Below, piece after piece: positions 31,060 through 44,196 of a DNA stretch of 64,000 nt (the first letter of the stretch is position 1; every line of letters begins with the position of its first letter). The stretch covers positions 2,432,001-2,496,000 of the forward strand of contig CAVWLP010000002.1 in NCBI GenBank assembly GCA_963755915.1, read 5' to 3'. The DNA comes from an uncultured Phycisphaerales bacterium (GTDB taxonomy: Bacteria > Planctomycetota > Phycisphaerae > Tepidisphaerales > Tepidisphaeraceae). The translations under genes and the position numbers were made by a program. The notes under the pieces were generated by a model. The model was not told the origin of the DNA. It saw nothing but the letters and a program-made list of their open reading frames with translations, and did no database searches.

Positions 31060-33305
31060 ATGATGTTGGCGTTTGTCCTGATATCGCCGCTGTTTTTGTG
31101 GGCCGGGCTGGGGCTGATGGGGGTGCCGATCCTGATTCATTTTTTGAATCGACGGCGATTCAAGGTGGTGCCGTGGGCGGCGATGGAATTTTTGCTGCGG
31201 GCGATGAAGAAGAATCGCCGCCGGTTGCGGTTTGAGCAATTGCTTTTGCTGGCAACGAGGTGTGCGGTTTTGCTGCTGGCGGGGTTGGCGCTTTCGCGGC
31301 CGCTGGGGTGTCAGGAGAGTTCGCTGGGGGAGCTGGCGGGGCAGAGGACGGGGGTGCATGTTTTTGTGATCAATACCGGGTATTCGATGGCGTACCAGGC
31401 AGATCGCGCGGGGGCGCGGACGCAGCTCGACCAGGCGAAGATTATTGCCAAGGCGCTGATTGAAAGGCTCAGTTCGGGAGGGGAGGCAGTGTCGATTGTG
31501 GCGGCTTCGTCGCCGCCGCGGGAGATCATCGGGGCGCCGATTTACGATTTGAAGGCGGCGGAAGATGCGGTGGATCGGATCAAGCAGTCTTGGGGGGCGA
31601 CGGATGAGGCGGGGGCGCTGGCGATGGCGCGGGATATCGCGCGGCATGAGCCGGTGAATTCGAATAAGTATCTTTACCTCATCGACGATTCGACCCGGGT
31701 GGCGTGGCAGACGCGCGGGGATGTGATGGCGCAGCTCGGGCACGAACTGGCCGATTTGTATAAGTCGGGGATCACGCATTTTAATCTTGGGAAGAGCGGG
31801 CAGTGGAACCAGGCGGTGGTGGATTTGTCGCCGGCCCAGGGGCTGATCACGAGCCGGTTCGCGACGGATTTGATCACGGATATCAGGGCGTATGGGCCTT
31901 GTCCGACCGATCCGCGGATGGTGCTGAAGCTGGATGGGATTCCGCTGGTGGGCAGCGCGATGGCGGTGCATCCGACAGCGGCGGCAGCGCCGGTGACAGT
32001 GACGGCGGGGGGGCTGACGCCGGGGGTTCATGTGTTTACGGCCGCGATCAGCAGCGATAATCGGCTGCCGGTCGATGATGTCAGGTATCGGGTGGTGAAT
32101 GTGGTGGGGCAGGTGAAGGTTTTGATCGTTGAGGGGGAACGGGGCGTCGGGGGGCAGGGATCGAGCGGAGCGTTTCTGGATGCGGCGCTGAATCCGAGCG
32201 GGTTTGGGGCGGGGAGCGATGCCAAGTCACAGGGATATGTCGCGACGGAGCGGATCAGCGATCTGGAGCTGGATAACAAGGTGCTCTCGGATTACCGGTG
32301 CATCTGCCTGTGCGGGGTGGGAGATATTCAGGAGGCGGAGGCGGGGGAGCTGGAGCAGTTTGTGAGGCAGGGGGGGACGCTGATGGTTTTCATGGGGGAC
32401 CCGGTGACGGCGGAGAATTACAACGCGACGTTGTACAAGCATCATCTGCTGCCGGGGCCGTTGACCAAGCGGATCATGGTTTCGGGGGACCAGACGCCGC
32501 GGCGGTTTGATTTTGATCCGCATCGGCCGCTGAATCGGCTGCTGGCGGATTTTCAGAACCAGGAAGACACGGGGATGGATACGGCGGAGATTTACAGTTA
32601 CTGGCAGGTGGCGCTGCCGACGAATTCGACGGCGGAGCGGGTGCTGAATTTTCTGCCGCCGGATGGGGGCGAAGGGCAGCGGCGGAGGACCCGGCGATCA
32701 CGGTGCATTCGGTGGGGCTGGGGCAGGTGGTTTTTTATGCGACGAGCGCGGACCCGAACGCGGAGTGGACGACGTTCATGCCGCACCCGGCATATCCGGC
32801 GCTGATGCACATGCTGCTTCTCGGCACGACGAGCAGCGACGATGGATGGATGAACATGGAGGTGAACGATCGGCTGATGATTCCACCGAGCGTGCACATG
32901 ACGGGAGAGCCGGTGCTGATGGATTCGAACCAGACGCAGTATCCGATGACGATGGAGACGGTGAGCGATCCGCAGTCGATTTATTTCGGGCAGGGGGCGT
33001 ATGCGAGCAAGCCGCTGACGGAGCCGGGGATTTATTCGCTTTCGACGGGTTCGGACAATTACAAGATTGCGGTGAATGTGCCGGCGGCCGAGGAGGCGGA
33101 TGTGCGGACGATCGGCGATGCGGAGGTAAAAAAGGCGATGGGGGACATCAACATGGAGATGCTGGGTGATTCGGTTCCGGCGCCCGTCGCAGAGGAGGAG
33201 CAGGGAAAGGACCTGGGGTGGGCGGTGATGGTTGGCGGTGTTTGTGCTGCTGGCGGTGGAATGTTTGATGGCGATGCAGTTTGGGCACCATCGCGGAGGA
33301 AATGA
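31060..33305 (+). CDS. BatA-like N-terminal double-TM + vWA protein (frameshifted)
   Basis: PILIHFLNRRRFKVVPWAAMEFL...LALSRP; degenerate MIDAS INTGYSM; C-terminal TM segment. Confidence 0.8.
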
Positions 33306-35787
33306 TTCGGCACATATCTGGAAATCATCCTGGGATTGCCGGCTGGATTTTTGAGCCGGGAGGGGCATTTGCGCTCCAGTTCAATCCGACCTGGCCGCTG
33401 CAGGAGTATGTGGGCGGGGCGGCGGTTTGGAATTTCATGCTGGCGGGCTGGCGGTGGGGCTGGTGGTTTATATCTATCGTCGCGAAGCGCGGACGCGGGG
33501 GATGCAGATTGCTGCTGGGAGGACTTCGGCTGGGGATTCTGGGGCTGGTGCTGATTCTGCTGAATCGGCCGGTGCTGACTCTGGGGCAGGCGCGGCGCGA
33601 GCCTTCGGTGCTGGCGATTTTATGGATGACAGTTTGAGCATGAAGGTGCCGGACGCGAAGACTGCGGATGGGCAAACCGAAAGGCCGGCTGGATGCGGCG
33701 ATTGATATGCTGACGAAGGGGGATGGGGAGATGCTGCGGAGGTTGGCGGCGGTGCATGATGTGCGTATTTACGATTTCAGCCGGGGGTCGAAGGAGGTCG
33801 CGAGCATCCCGGGGCCGGGGGATATGGGGAGCGGGCCGACGACACGGAGTCGATGAGGCGGTTGATGAGGCGGTTTCGCGGCTGGGGGATTTAAAGGCGG
33901 CGGGGAATGGGACGCAGGTGGTTTCGTCGGTGACGAATCGTATTGCAGGATTTGCAGGGCCAGCGGGTGGCGGGGGTGGTGGTGCTGACGGACGGGCGGG
34001 AGACGCCGAGCGAATCGCCGCCGGAGGCGGTGGCGGCGGTGAAATCATATGGGGTGAACATTTATCCGGTGGCGGTGGGGAGCGGACCAGATGCCGCGGA
34101 ATATCGCCGTTGCAGTCGGTGACGTTTGAAGACAGCGGCGTTCGTGGATGATTTTACGAATCTGCACGTGACGCTTCAGGCATCGGGGTATGAGGCGAAT
34201 CATCCGATGACGCTTCAGCTCATGCGGCAGAGACGGAGAACGGGCAGACGACGAATGTGCCGGTGCTGGATGATTCCGGGAGACGAAATGACCAAGACGG
34301 TGGATGCGGCGGATGGACAAGCCGTTCGAGGCGGACCTGGAGTTCAAGCCGACGGCGGCGGACATGCCCGTGGCGAATCTGGTGGTCGAGGCCAAGCCGC
34401 AGCCGGGGGAACTGGATACGGCGGACAATTTTCATCCGGCGCGGCTGGATGTCCTGGACAACAATATTTCGGTGCTGTACGTCGATGGGTATCCGCGCTG
34501 GGATTACCGATATCTGAAAAATAGTCTGCTGCGCGACAAGACGGTGAAGGTGAGTTGCCTGCTGACGAGCGCCGATCCGAATTTTCGGCAGGAGGGGAGC
34601 GACGATCCGAATCGGCCGCAATATCAGAACTCGTGGCGCATCACGGCGTTTCCGGAGACGATGGATCGGCTGATGGATTACGACGTGGTGATTATCGGCG
34701 ATGTCGATCCGCGGCAGTTCACGGATGCGCAGCTTGCAGATGATCGCGGATTTCGTGAGCAAGAAGGGGGGCGGGTTTGAGATGGTGGCGGGGCCGCGGT
34801 GGTCGCCGCAGGGGTATCGCAATACGCCGATCGAATCGGTGCTGCCGGTGATCATTACGCATGCGGAGACGGATGATGAGCGGCGAGCATCACGGAAGGG
34901 TTTCGGCCGGTGCTGACCCGGGCGGCGGCGAATTATCCGATTTTCCGGTTTTTCCCGGAATGGGCGGAAAACGAAGAAGTATGTGAGGAATCATTTGCAG
35001 GAGCTGTTCTGGTATTGCCGGGGGGTCATGGTGAAGCCGGGGGTGGGGATTACGCTGGCGGAGCATCCGACTGATCTGGGGCCGGACGGGCGGAAAGCGC
35101 CGATATCTGGTCGTCGGGACGTACGGGACGGGGCGGACGATTTTTTCGGCGATCGACGATTCGTGGCGATGGCGGTTTTATACCGGAGAGTCGATTTTCA
35201 ATACCTACTGGGTGCAGCAGCTCAGATATCTGGCGCGGGGCAGGAAGATCGGGCAGCAGGATGATGACGTTCACGGCCGACCGGGATGTGTATGAGCTGG
35301 GGGGGCAGGTGAATATTGAGCTGGAGCCGCTGTCGCCGGAATTGGTGCAGCAACTTTCCTCGCCGGTGAGCCGTCGAAATTGTCGAATGATGCCACGGGG
35401 CAGGCGGTGCGGCGGGTGGATTTGCAGAAGCAGGAATCGGGGAATGGCGCGTTACATCGGGTCCTTTACGGCAGACCAGACGGGACAGTTCGACGTGAAA
35501 TTGCCGCATTTGACGGATAACGATCCGGTAGCTGACGTTTAAGGTTGCCGAGCCGGACATGGAACTGCGTGAGCCGCAGGTGGATACGTCATTTTTGGCT
35601 CGGCTGGGGACGGAGGCGCCGATGACTCTATCTGAGGCGGCGGTGAAGTTGCCGGAGATACGGTCGGCGGCGAAGATTATCCCGATCGATACTACGCAGC
35701 CGCTTTGGGATGCTCCGGCGGTTTTGGTCTTTTTGTGGGACTAATTACGCTAGAATGGATTGTCGAAAGATTGTGGGATTGCTGTAG
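33302..35787 (+). CDS. Membrane vWA / GATase-like domain protein (multiple frameshifts)
   Basis: Fragments DDSLSM, VVVLTDG, VLYVDGYPRWDYRYLKNSLLRD, DYDVVIIGDVDP, PLWD. Confidence 0.65.
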
Positions 35788-35814
35788 GGCAAGAGGGTAA
35801 GAAAGTAAGAAAGT

Positions 35815-38800
35815 GTGAATGTGCCGCCGACGGCATTGATACATACTCTTGAATCGCTGCGCCGGCGGGTGAGGGTGCTGAGCGTGCTGTACGGGGTGGG
35901 AATTGTCGTCGCGATTGGGGCGGGGTTGCTGCTGGGGACGGTGGTTCTGGATTATCTGCTGAATCTGCTGCCGGTGCCGCGGATTATTGTGATGGTGGCG
36001 GCGGTGGGCGTTTCTGGTGAAATTTTCTGGGGCGGTGGGTGGTTCGTCCGGCGATGAGCCGACTGAGGCTTTCGGATATGGCGGGGAAGCTGGAGCAGGC
36101 ATTTCCGGATTTTAAGGATCGGCTGCGGAGCAGCGTGGATTTTCTGACCAAGGGGAATCCCGGGTCGGAGATGATGAAGAAGCGGGTGGTCGTCGGAGGC
36201 GGCGGAGCTGGCGGGGAGATTTGATCTGAAGTCGGCGGTGCAGACAAGGCCGGTGTGGGAATCGTTTGCCGCTGGGGGCGGGGCGATTTTGATTTTGATT
36301 CTGCTGGGGGCACTGGCGGGGCCGGATTATTTTTCGCCGGCGATTTCGCGATTGATCTGGCCGTTTGAGAACCATCCCTGGCCGAAGCGGGTGGAGATCG
36401 CGATGGTGTCGGATTTGCCGGCGCGCGTGCCGGTGGGCCGGCCGGTGGACGTGCGGATTCGGCTGACGAAGGGGGACCGGGCATCGCGCGAGGCGCGGGT
36501 TTATTACCAGTATGGGGATGGCAGCGGTCGAGACGGAGATCATGACCCGCGGGGCGGATGGGGTTTATTCGGCGAGCCTCGACGCGCGTTGATGCGCCGG
36601 GTGGCAACGGGCAAGATGACGGTCTGGATCGAGGCGGGGGATGATGCGACGGAGCATAAAGCGATTGCGATCGTGCAGCGGTTGTCGGTGTCATCGGTGC
36701 AATTGATCGTGCACGCCGCCGCCTTATGTGCATGAGCCGGCCTCGCCGATGGCGTTTGATTCGACCCCGGCGACGGTGACGTATGGCTCGACGCTGCGAT
36801 GAAGCTGACGTTTAACAAGGAGTTGGATGCGGAGCGTCCGCCGGCGATTGCGCTGGGGGAGCAGGGTGGCACGCTGCCGCCGATCGCGTGGGAATCGGCG
36901 ATGGGGAATACGGTCAGCGGGCAGTGGTTGCGCGGGACTCGACGTCTGTTTCAGGTGCGGGCGTTTGATGAGGATGGGTTCAGCCAACGATGACGGGACC
37001 GAGTACCAGGTGATCGTGCGGCCGGACCAGATGCCGTCGGTGCAGATTACGAAGCCGGCGCGGAACGAGGAGTGCACGCCGCAGGCGGTGGTGCCGCTGC
37101 GGGCGGTGGCGGAGGATGATTATGCGATTAAGTCGCTGAGGCTCGTGGTGGATAAGGTGGGGGGAGTAAGCCGGTGCGGCTGTCTAGCACGGATTTGATT
37201 GTGGACGGGAGTCCGACGAGCGCGGCCGTGGGATGGGCGCGGCTGGAGTCGGCGGGGGATCGGCGGCGGTGGCAGTTCGATTTTCCGTGGGATCTGGCGC
37301 AGATCAAGGCGAATCCGGCGCTGAAGCCGGGGGATGTGATCGAGTATCACCTTGAAGTTCAGGATAACTTTGATTTTGAGGGGAAGACGCATGAGGCGGT
37401 TTTGAGCGGAAAATATCGAATCACCCTCATGAGCCAGGAGCAGTTTTCGACGCTGATGCAGGATCTGGTCGGGCAGGTGAGGGAGAGATGAAGGATATTC
37501 GCAACAGCCAGAAGAGTTTGAAGGCGGAGACGGAGGATTTGCAGCATCAGACGCAAGGCGAGCCGCAGTTCACCCGCGCGGACAAGGAGCAGGGGCAGGG
37601 GATCGTGGCGCGGCAGGCGACGGCGGCATCGCAGGCCAAGCAGGCGGCGGGGAAGATGGACGAGCTGCTGGCGCGGATGCAGGAGAATCAAATCGACCGC
37701 GCAGGACCTGATGCAGACGGCGGCGAGCGTGCGGGATGATCTGAATCAGGTCGCGGAGCATCCGATGAAGGATGCGGCGGGGCAGATCGATGATGCACGA
37801 AATTCGGATCAGAAGCCGGATGTGCGAAACCAGGAGCTGACGGCGGCGCAGGGGAATCAGCAGGATGCGGCGGATCGGCTCGACCAGATGATCGGGAAAA
37901 TGGGGGATGCGGGGAGCTTGTCGCAGACGATTGATCAATTGAAGAAGCATTCTGGAAGCAACAGCAGCAGGTGAGCCAGAAGAGCAATGATATGGGGCTG
38001 AAGAATCTGGGCAAGACGCCGGACCAGATGGATCCGAACGATCAGAAAGCGCAGCAGCAGAATGCCGATGCGCAGGCTTCGCTGGCGGATAAGACCGACA
38101 AGACGATGGACCAGATGCAGCAGTCGTCGCAGCAGCTTTCGAAGAGCGATCCAGCGGCTTCGCAGGCAATGCAGCAGGCGGCGCAGATGGGGCAGCAGCA
38201 GAATGTGGCAGCCCAGATGCGGGCGAGCGCCGATGCGCAGCGGCAGAACCAGCAGTCGCAGGCGCAGCAGGCCCAGGCGCAGGCGGAACTGGGGTTGCAG
38301 ACGATGATCCATCAGCTTGAGGAGGCGCAGCGGCAGCAGCTTGAAGAGCTGGCGCGGCAAGCTGGCGGATATGCAGCAGCAGATCGCGAATCTGCTCCGG
38401 CAGCAGGGGGGATTGAATTATGACAACATGGCGCTGCAGGGGACGCAATTTTGAAGAAGGCGGATCAGAAGGTGTTGGATCATCTGTTGGAATTGGCGGA
38501 GCGGACGAAGGACCATCTTCCGCCAACGCCTGATCTGGATACGCAGACGCGGCTTCAGCAGCAGACGGAGCGGAATTCGCGCGGCGTGTCGAAGACAGCG
38601 GAGTCGCTGCCGGATTCGGCCGAACTCGTCGCGGATTTGGATCGGGCGGCGGACCGGATGGGGCGGGCGATCATATCGCTGCGCGATGACAACGGGACAG
38701 ATGCGCAGAACCTGGCGTCGGCGTATGATCCGCCGCAGGTGGAGGCGCTGGCGGCGCTGGAGCAGGCGAAGACGATCATCGATCAGCAGTCGGAGCAGGC

Positions 38801-40060
38801 GAACCAGAAAATGCAGGATCAGCAGCAAAGAGGCGATCAAGGCAGCGTATCAGAAGATGCTGGAGGCGCAGAAGAAGATCGATGCCGATACGGTGGCGAT
38901 CGCCAAGGCCCCGCGCGGGGATGACGGGCAGCTTGGGCATCGGGAGGAGATCCTTCTGGATCAGCTTCCGCCGCAGCAGGGCGCGCTGGCGGAAACCGCG
39001 GTGAAGCTGGAGAGACGACTGGAGAAGCTGGACAGCATCGTTTACGTGTGGGCGAATCAGGACATTGTCGATTCGATGAACGAGGTGAAGGGGGACCTTG
39101 CCAAGCCGCAGACGGATGAGGTGACGCAGGCGCAGCAGACGCGGATTGAGGATCAGATTCAGGCGATGATCGATAGTTTGTCGGTGAAGCCGAAACAGAT
39201 TCCGTTTGCGAACAAATCAAACGGTGGCGGCGGCAGCGGCGGGAAAGGCGGACAGAAGGCGCCCACGCTGCCAACGGAGGCGGAGATGCGGCTGGAGAAG
39301 GCGCTTGCAGCAGGCGGTGAACAAGGCGACTGTGACGATCAGCAACAGCCAGGGCGATCATTCGAGCGATCTGGATTCGCTGGGCAAACGGCAGGAAGAG
39401 TTGCGGGGGCTGCTGGATAAGCTGGTGCAGAAATCGAGCAATGGGCAGGTGAAGCTTGGGCCGGAGCCGGACCCGAAGGATAAATTGCCGGAGGAGGCGT
39501 CGAGCGATCAGGTTGACGATCAGGAGCTGACGCAGAATTTATTGCAGGGGGATGGGTCGCCCAATCCGGACAAGATGAAGGATGATCTGAACCTGGTGGG
39601 TCAGCGGATGGGCCGGTCGCGGGAGCGGCTGGGGATGGATCATGATCCGGGGAAGGTGACGCAGGATATTCAGAGCCGGATTCTCAAGGGGATGGATGAT
39701 CTGATTGACATGTCGCGGGAGCAGGAGGCGGAGAGTAAGACGCAGCAGCCGAGCGGGCAGGGGAACCAGGCGCAGCCGGCGGACGCGCAGGCGAACGCGA
39801 ATCCGCAGAACAGCAAACAGAGCGGACAGCAGCAGAGGGCGAATGGGACGACGCCGGCGCAGCAAAGCACGCCGGGGCATGATGTGGATACGACGGGGAC
39901 ACCGACGACGGATATCACGCAGAGTTTGAAGGAGTGGGGCAGCATTTCGCCGCGGCGGAGGGCGGCGGTGATCGAGGCGCAGAGCGAGAAGGCGGTGCAG
40001 AAGTTTAAGGAGTATATTGACGGGTATTACCAGGCGCTGGGGAATCGGCAGAGCCAGTGA
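35815..40060 (+). CDS. Very large membrane-anchored Gln-rich coiled-coil protein (many frameshifts; may be more than one gene)
   Basis: N-terminal TMs, DRLRSSVDF, PDQMPSVQI...AEDDYAI, long Q/A/E/K helical tracts, C-terminal EWGSISPR...YYQAL. Confidence 0.65.
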
Positions 40061-40096
40061 GAAGGTGTGAAAGTGCGAAAGTGTGAAAGTGTGAAG

Positions 40097-41168
40097 GTGC
40101 AAAGATTGAAAGGCATCTTCGCGCTCTCCCGGTTAATGATCCTGGCGATGGTGCTGGCGACGGGGAAGGGGGCTTTTGCGGATCAGGCGGCGGCGCCTTC
40201 GGATAAGCCTTCCTTGAATGAAATCACGCCGGAGCAGCAGTCGGCCGTGGCGAAGGGGCTGGAGTATCTGGCGTCGCGGCAGAATGCGGAGGGGTCGTTT
40301 GGGAATTCGGGGGCCTATGGAGCGACGGCGGCGATTACCGCGCTTTCGGGGATCGCATTTATGGCGGATGGAAATCTGCCGGGGAGGGGGAAATATGGGG
40401 ATAATGTCCGCAAAGCGGTGGAATTTCATCTGCCGAAATCAGCAGGAATCGGGGCTGTTTACGACTAGCGCGTCGCAGGGGGAGATGTATTCGCACGGGT
40501 TTGCGACGCTGTTTATCGGCGAAGTCTATGGGATGACGGGGGATGATGAGATCAAGGAGAATCTGCAGAAGGCGGTGAGGCTGATCGAGCGGTGCCAGAA
40601 TTCGGAAGGCGGCTGGCGATATCAGCCGCTGCCGGTGGATGCGGATATTTCGGTGACGATCTGCCAGATCATGGCGCTGAGGTCGGCGCGGGACGCGGGA
40701 ATCAAGACAGATGCGGGGGTGATGGATCAGGCGCTGGCGTATGTGAAGCGGTGCCAGAATTCGGACGGCGGGATTCAGCTACCAGGCGACGGGCGGCGAG
40801 AGCGGGTTTGCCCGGACGGCCGCGGGGACGGCGTCGCTCTATTACGCCGGGATGTTTCAGGACAACGCGGTGACGCGAGGGCTGGATTATCTATCGCGGT
40901 TTGTCCCCGGCAGAATGAGATGGACGAGCAGGGGCATTTTTTTTACGGGCAGTATTACGCCGTGCAGGCGATGTTTCTGGCGGGGGGGAAATACTGGCAA
41001 GACTGGTATCCGGCGATCCGCGATTTGCTCATCGCCCAGCAGAACCAAGCTTCGGGCGATTGGGAGGGGGAGGTTGATCCGGATTATTGCACGGCGATGG
41101 CGCTGATTATTTTGCAGATGCCGAACCGGTATCTGCCGGTGTTTAATGGAAAGGGGCCGGGGAGTTGA
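40097..41168 (+). CDS. Secreted prenyltransferase/squalene-oxidase-repeat protein (frameshifted)
   Basis: GLEYLASRQNAEGSF, MYSHGFATL, QNSEGGWRYQP, QNSDGG, YCTAMALIILQMPNRYLP. Confidence 0.85.
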
Positions 41169-42349
41169 AGGGTGGTTTGGTGGCAAAGCTTGCAGGGGCG
41201 GTTGTTTTTTCCCTTCTCCTGGTCGCGAGATGCGGGGCGGCGATCTGGAATTTGACGGATGCGGAATTTCGGTCCACCTCCGTGCAGATTGATTCGATCG
41301 ATTCCAGCGGCGTGCACTGGCGGGCGGGACGGCGCCGTGGGATGATGTGTTGGAGATCTGCGCAGCGCGGCAGCGGAGCCGGACATCAGCGGGAAATTGA
41401 ATTTGTGTTTTCGGTCGGGCGATCGGATTTCAGGGGAGGCGGTTTCGTTTGACGGGGATAACCTGCAATGGAACGCAACCGCGCTGGGGAAGGTGGGGTT
41501 TTCGGTCGATTCGGTCGCGGGGATCGTGAGGACGGGATATTCGGCGGATGATATCGATGAGCCGCGGACGGATGACGTGGTGCGGCTGGCGAATGGAGAC
41601 ACCACGCATGGGATTATGACGCAGATGAACGGGGACGGGGTGACGATCCAGACCGGGGACGCGACGCCGACGCTGCCGTGGGATTCGGTCAGTGCGGTGC
41701 TTTTCTCGACGCGCCAGGGAATACTGGCCTCGGAGACGGCGGGGGTTTCGGGTGCGGATGGCGGATGGGGAATCATTGATGCCGCAGGGTGTGCAGCTGT
41801 CAGGGGGATCAGGTGACGATTATTCTTGCTGACAAGACGCACAAGGCAGATCGATGCCTCGGCAGGTCGTGGAGATCGAGCAGCTCAATGGCCCGATCGC
41901 GTGGCTGACCTCGCGGCGGCCCATCGAGAATATTTACAAGCCGATGTTTTCGGAGAATTTTCCAGCGCGGATTGACCGGACAGTCGCGGACGGCAGGCCG
42001 AATTCCAGAAAGGTTTCCGGGATTTCGTCATGGGATCGGGTGCCATTCCTATTCAAAGCTGACATATGAGCTCGGCGGCAAATGGGCGGGGTTTCGGACG
42101 CAGTTTGCGGTCGATTCGGATTCGCCGCTGGCGGATGTGACAGTGCGGATTTACCTGGATGACAAGGTGGTCTTCGAGCAGAAGAACGTGAAGGCGGGAC
42201 GGATCTGATCGCGTGTGACGATCCCGCTTTCCGGGGCGAAGAGGATGTCGCTGGAAGTGGATTATGGGGCGAACTACGCGACGGAGGGGAGATTTGTGTG
42301 GCTGGACCCGGCGTTTGTGAAGAAACTGGCGGCGACGACTTCGCCATAA
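41165..42349 (+). CDS. Secreted NPCBM/NEW2-domain protein (frameshifted)
   Basis: DVVRLANGD repeat; GIGCHSYSKLTYELGG...FAVD; C-terminal LEVDYG...WLDP. Confidence 0.65.
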
Positions 42350-42364
42350 TCCTAAGAACTGACT

Positions 42365-42450
42365 CACCGCAGAGCTCGCAGAGAGCGCTGAGAAATATGT
42401 AGAGATGTTTATCTCCGCGCTCTCAGCGGTCTCTAGCGAAGCGGGCGTTA
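42365..42450. repeat. REP-like inverted repeat (CACCGCAGAG...CTCAGCGGT)
   Basis: caccgcagagctcgcagagagcgctgaga ... tctccgcgctctcagcggtctct. Confidence 0.5.
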
Positions 42451-42490
42451 AGATTCTTTATGCGCGTGGGGTGGGGACTGAGTCCTGGGG

Positions 42491-42531
42491 AAAAATAAAA
42501 AGAGGCCGGTGCTCGCCGTTACACCGGCCTC
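42491..42531 (-). terminator. Rho-independent terminator on the minus strand
   Basis: 10-bp stem GAGGCCGGTG/CACCGGCCTC followed by TTTTTATTTTT on the minus strand. Confidence 0.65.
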
Positions 42532-42656
42532 CTCAATCAGGCTGCCCGACCAATTTAAGGTCGGAGACCCACAGCCTAGCGTTATTATCGGTGAATTGAG
42601 TGGAAGAACTTCAATTTATGGGGATCAGGTAAAGGAAATGTGATTGCGCGGCGGCC

Positions 42657-42685
42657 TTGCGCTGCGGATTGGGAATCTCTATAAT
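42657..42685 (+). promoter_or_regulatory. Sigma70-like promoter of carA
   Basis: TTGCGC-17 nt-TATAAT. Confidence 0.6.
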
Positions 42686-42704
42686 CCCGCGGCGATGAGA
42701 TTCA

Positions 42705-43881
42705 ATGAATCACAAATCTGTGGCCAAGCTGGCTCTGGAGGATGGAACTGTCTTTACCGGCCGGGCGTTTGGGGCCGCGGGGACCTCGCGAGGGGGAGGT
42801 GGTTTTCAATACCTCGATGACGGGGTATCAGGAGATCCTGACGGATCCCTCCTACAAGGGGCAGATCGTCACGATGACGTATCCGCTGATCGGGAACTAT
42901 GGGGTGAACCGCGCGGGACGTGGAGAGCCGGCAAGCCGCATGTGGCGGGGTTTGTTGTCAAGGAATTGTCGCCAGGTGTATTCGAATTATCGGGCGGATT
43001 TGTCGCTGGATGAATATCTGGATGAATAACGGGATCATCGGGATCGAAGGGATCGATACGCGGGCGCTGACCCGCCGGCTGCGGATCGGCGGGGCGATGC
43101 GGGGATTCTGAGCACCGAGATTCTCGACGATGCGAAACTGGTGGAGCGCGGCACGGAAATCCGCGGCGATGGAGGGGGCGGATTGGGTGCAGGCGGTGAA
43201 GCCGGAGGCACAGTACGAATGGGATGAGGACCAGGGAGACTGGGGGCTGGGGAAAGTCGAGCGCGGCGAGGGGCTGCACGTGGTGGCGCTGGACTGCGGG
43301 CGAAGGAGAATATTCTGCGGAATTTCACCGAGCGCGGGATCAAGCGTGACGGTGCTGCCGCCCGATGTGACGACGGAGGAAATTCTCAAGCATCGGCCGG
43401 ATGGGTTGTTTGTGAGCAACGGGCCTGGGGATCCGGCGGTTTTGGATTATGCGGTGAAGCCGATCGAAGGGGCGCTGGGGAAGGTGCCGATTTTCGGGAT
43501 TTGCCTGGGGCATCAATTGCTGGGGCGGGCGATCGGGGCGACGACTTATAAATTGAAGTTCGGGCATCGGGGGGGGAATCAGCCGGTGAAGAATCTGGAT
43601 ACGGGGCGGATTGAGATCACCAGCCAGAATCATGGGTTTGCGGTGGATCGGAAATCGCTGGAAGCGCACGGGGGGTGGTGACGCATGTCAATCTGAACGA
43701 TCAGACGGTGGAGGGGTTTCGGCATAAGACGCTGCCGATGTTTTGCGTGCAGTACCATCCGGAGGCGAGCCCGGGTCCGCATGATGCGGCGTATTTGTTT
43801 GATGCATTCGTCGAGATGATGCGGACGAAGAAGCCGGTGACGGGGGAGAGGCTGAGGGAATTGCAGAAGATTAGGGATTGA
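42705..43881 (+). CDS. carA: Carbamoyl-phosphate synthase small subunit (several frameshifts)
   Basis: [67 protein letters not shown]. Confidence 0.95.
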
Positions 43882-43885
43882 GGGG

Positions 43886-43918
43886 AAATTCGAAACTCGA
43901 AACTCGAAATTCGAAATA
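43886..43918. repeat. Heptamer tandem repeat (TCGAAAC/T)
   Basis: aaattcgaaactcgaaactcgaaattcgaaat. Confidence 0.7.
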
Positions 43919-43935
43919 TCAGCGGGGAACACGAT

Positions 43936-44165
43936 TTATCTGACGCTGAAGCGTTGGCGGAATTCTTCCAGGCTGGCGATGCCGGCGGGGAGTTGGGCTT
44001 CTTCGGCCAATAACACCGGGATTCCGTTGCGGATGGGGTAGCGGAGGCCGCCGACTTCGGCGACTAGGCAGCCTTGCTGGAGGTGGAGCTTGCTGCGGGT
44101 GACGGGGCAGCGCAGAATGCGAGAATTTGTTCGTCGATGACTTGCGGAGTGGACGGCTCGTTCAT
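43936..44165 (-). CDS. Trm112-like small protein (1 frameshift; absent from the ORF track)
   Basis: Manual translation: LRCPVTRSKL...LRYPIRNGIPVLLAEEA. Confidence 0.75.
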
Positions 44166-44196
44166 TGGGCGCTGAGTATAGGGAGCGGTCGTCAGT

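Noticed and set aside
40097-41168. Squalene-hopene cyclase
   Set aside because: Only about 350 aa, has a signal peptide, and no DxDD motif is visible.
42705-43881. carA as a pseudogene or programmed-frameshift gene
   Set aside because: All catalytic motifs are intact and the indel pattern matches the regional sequencing-error burst.
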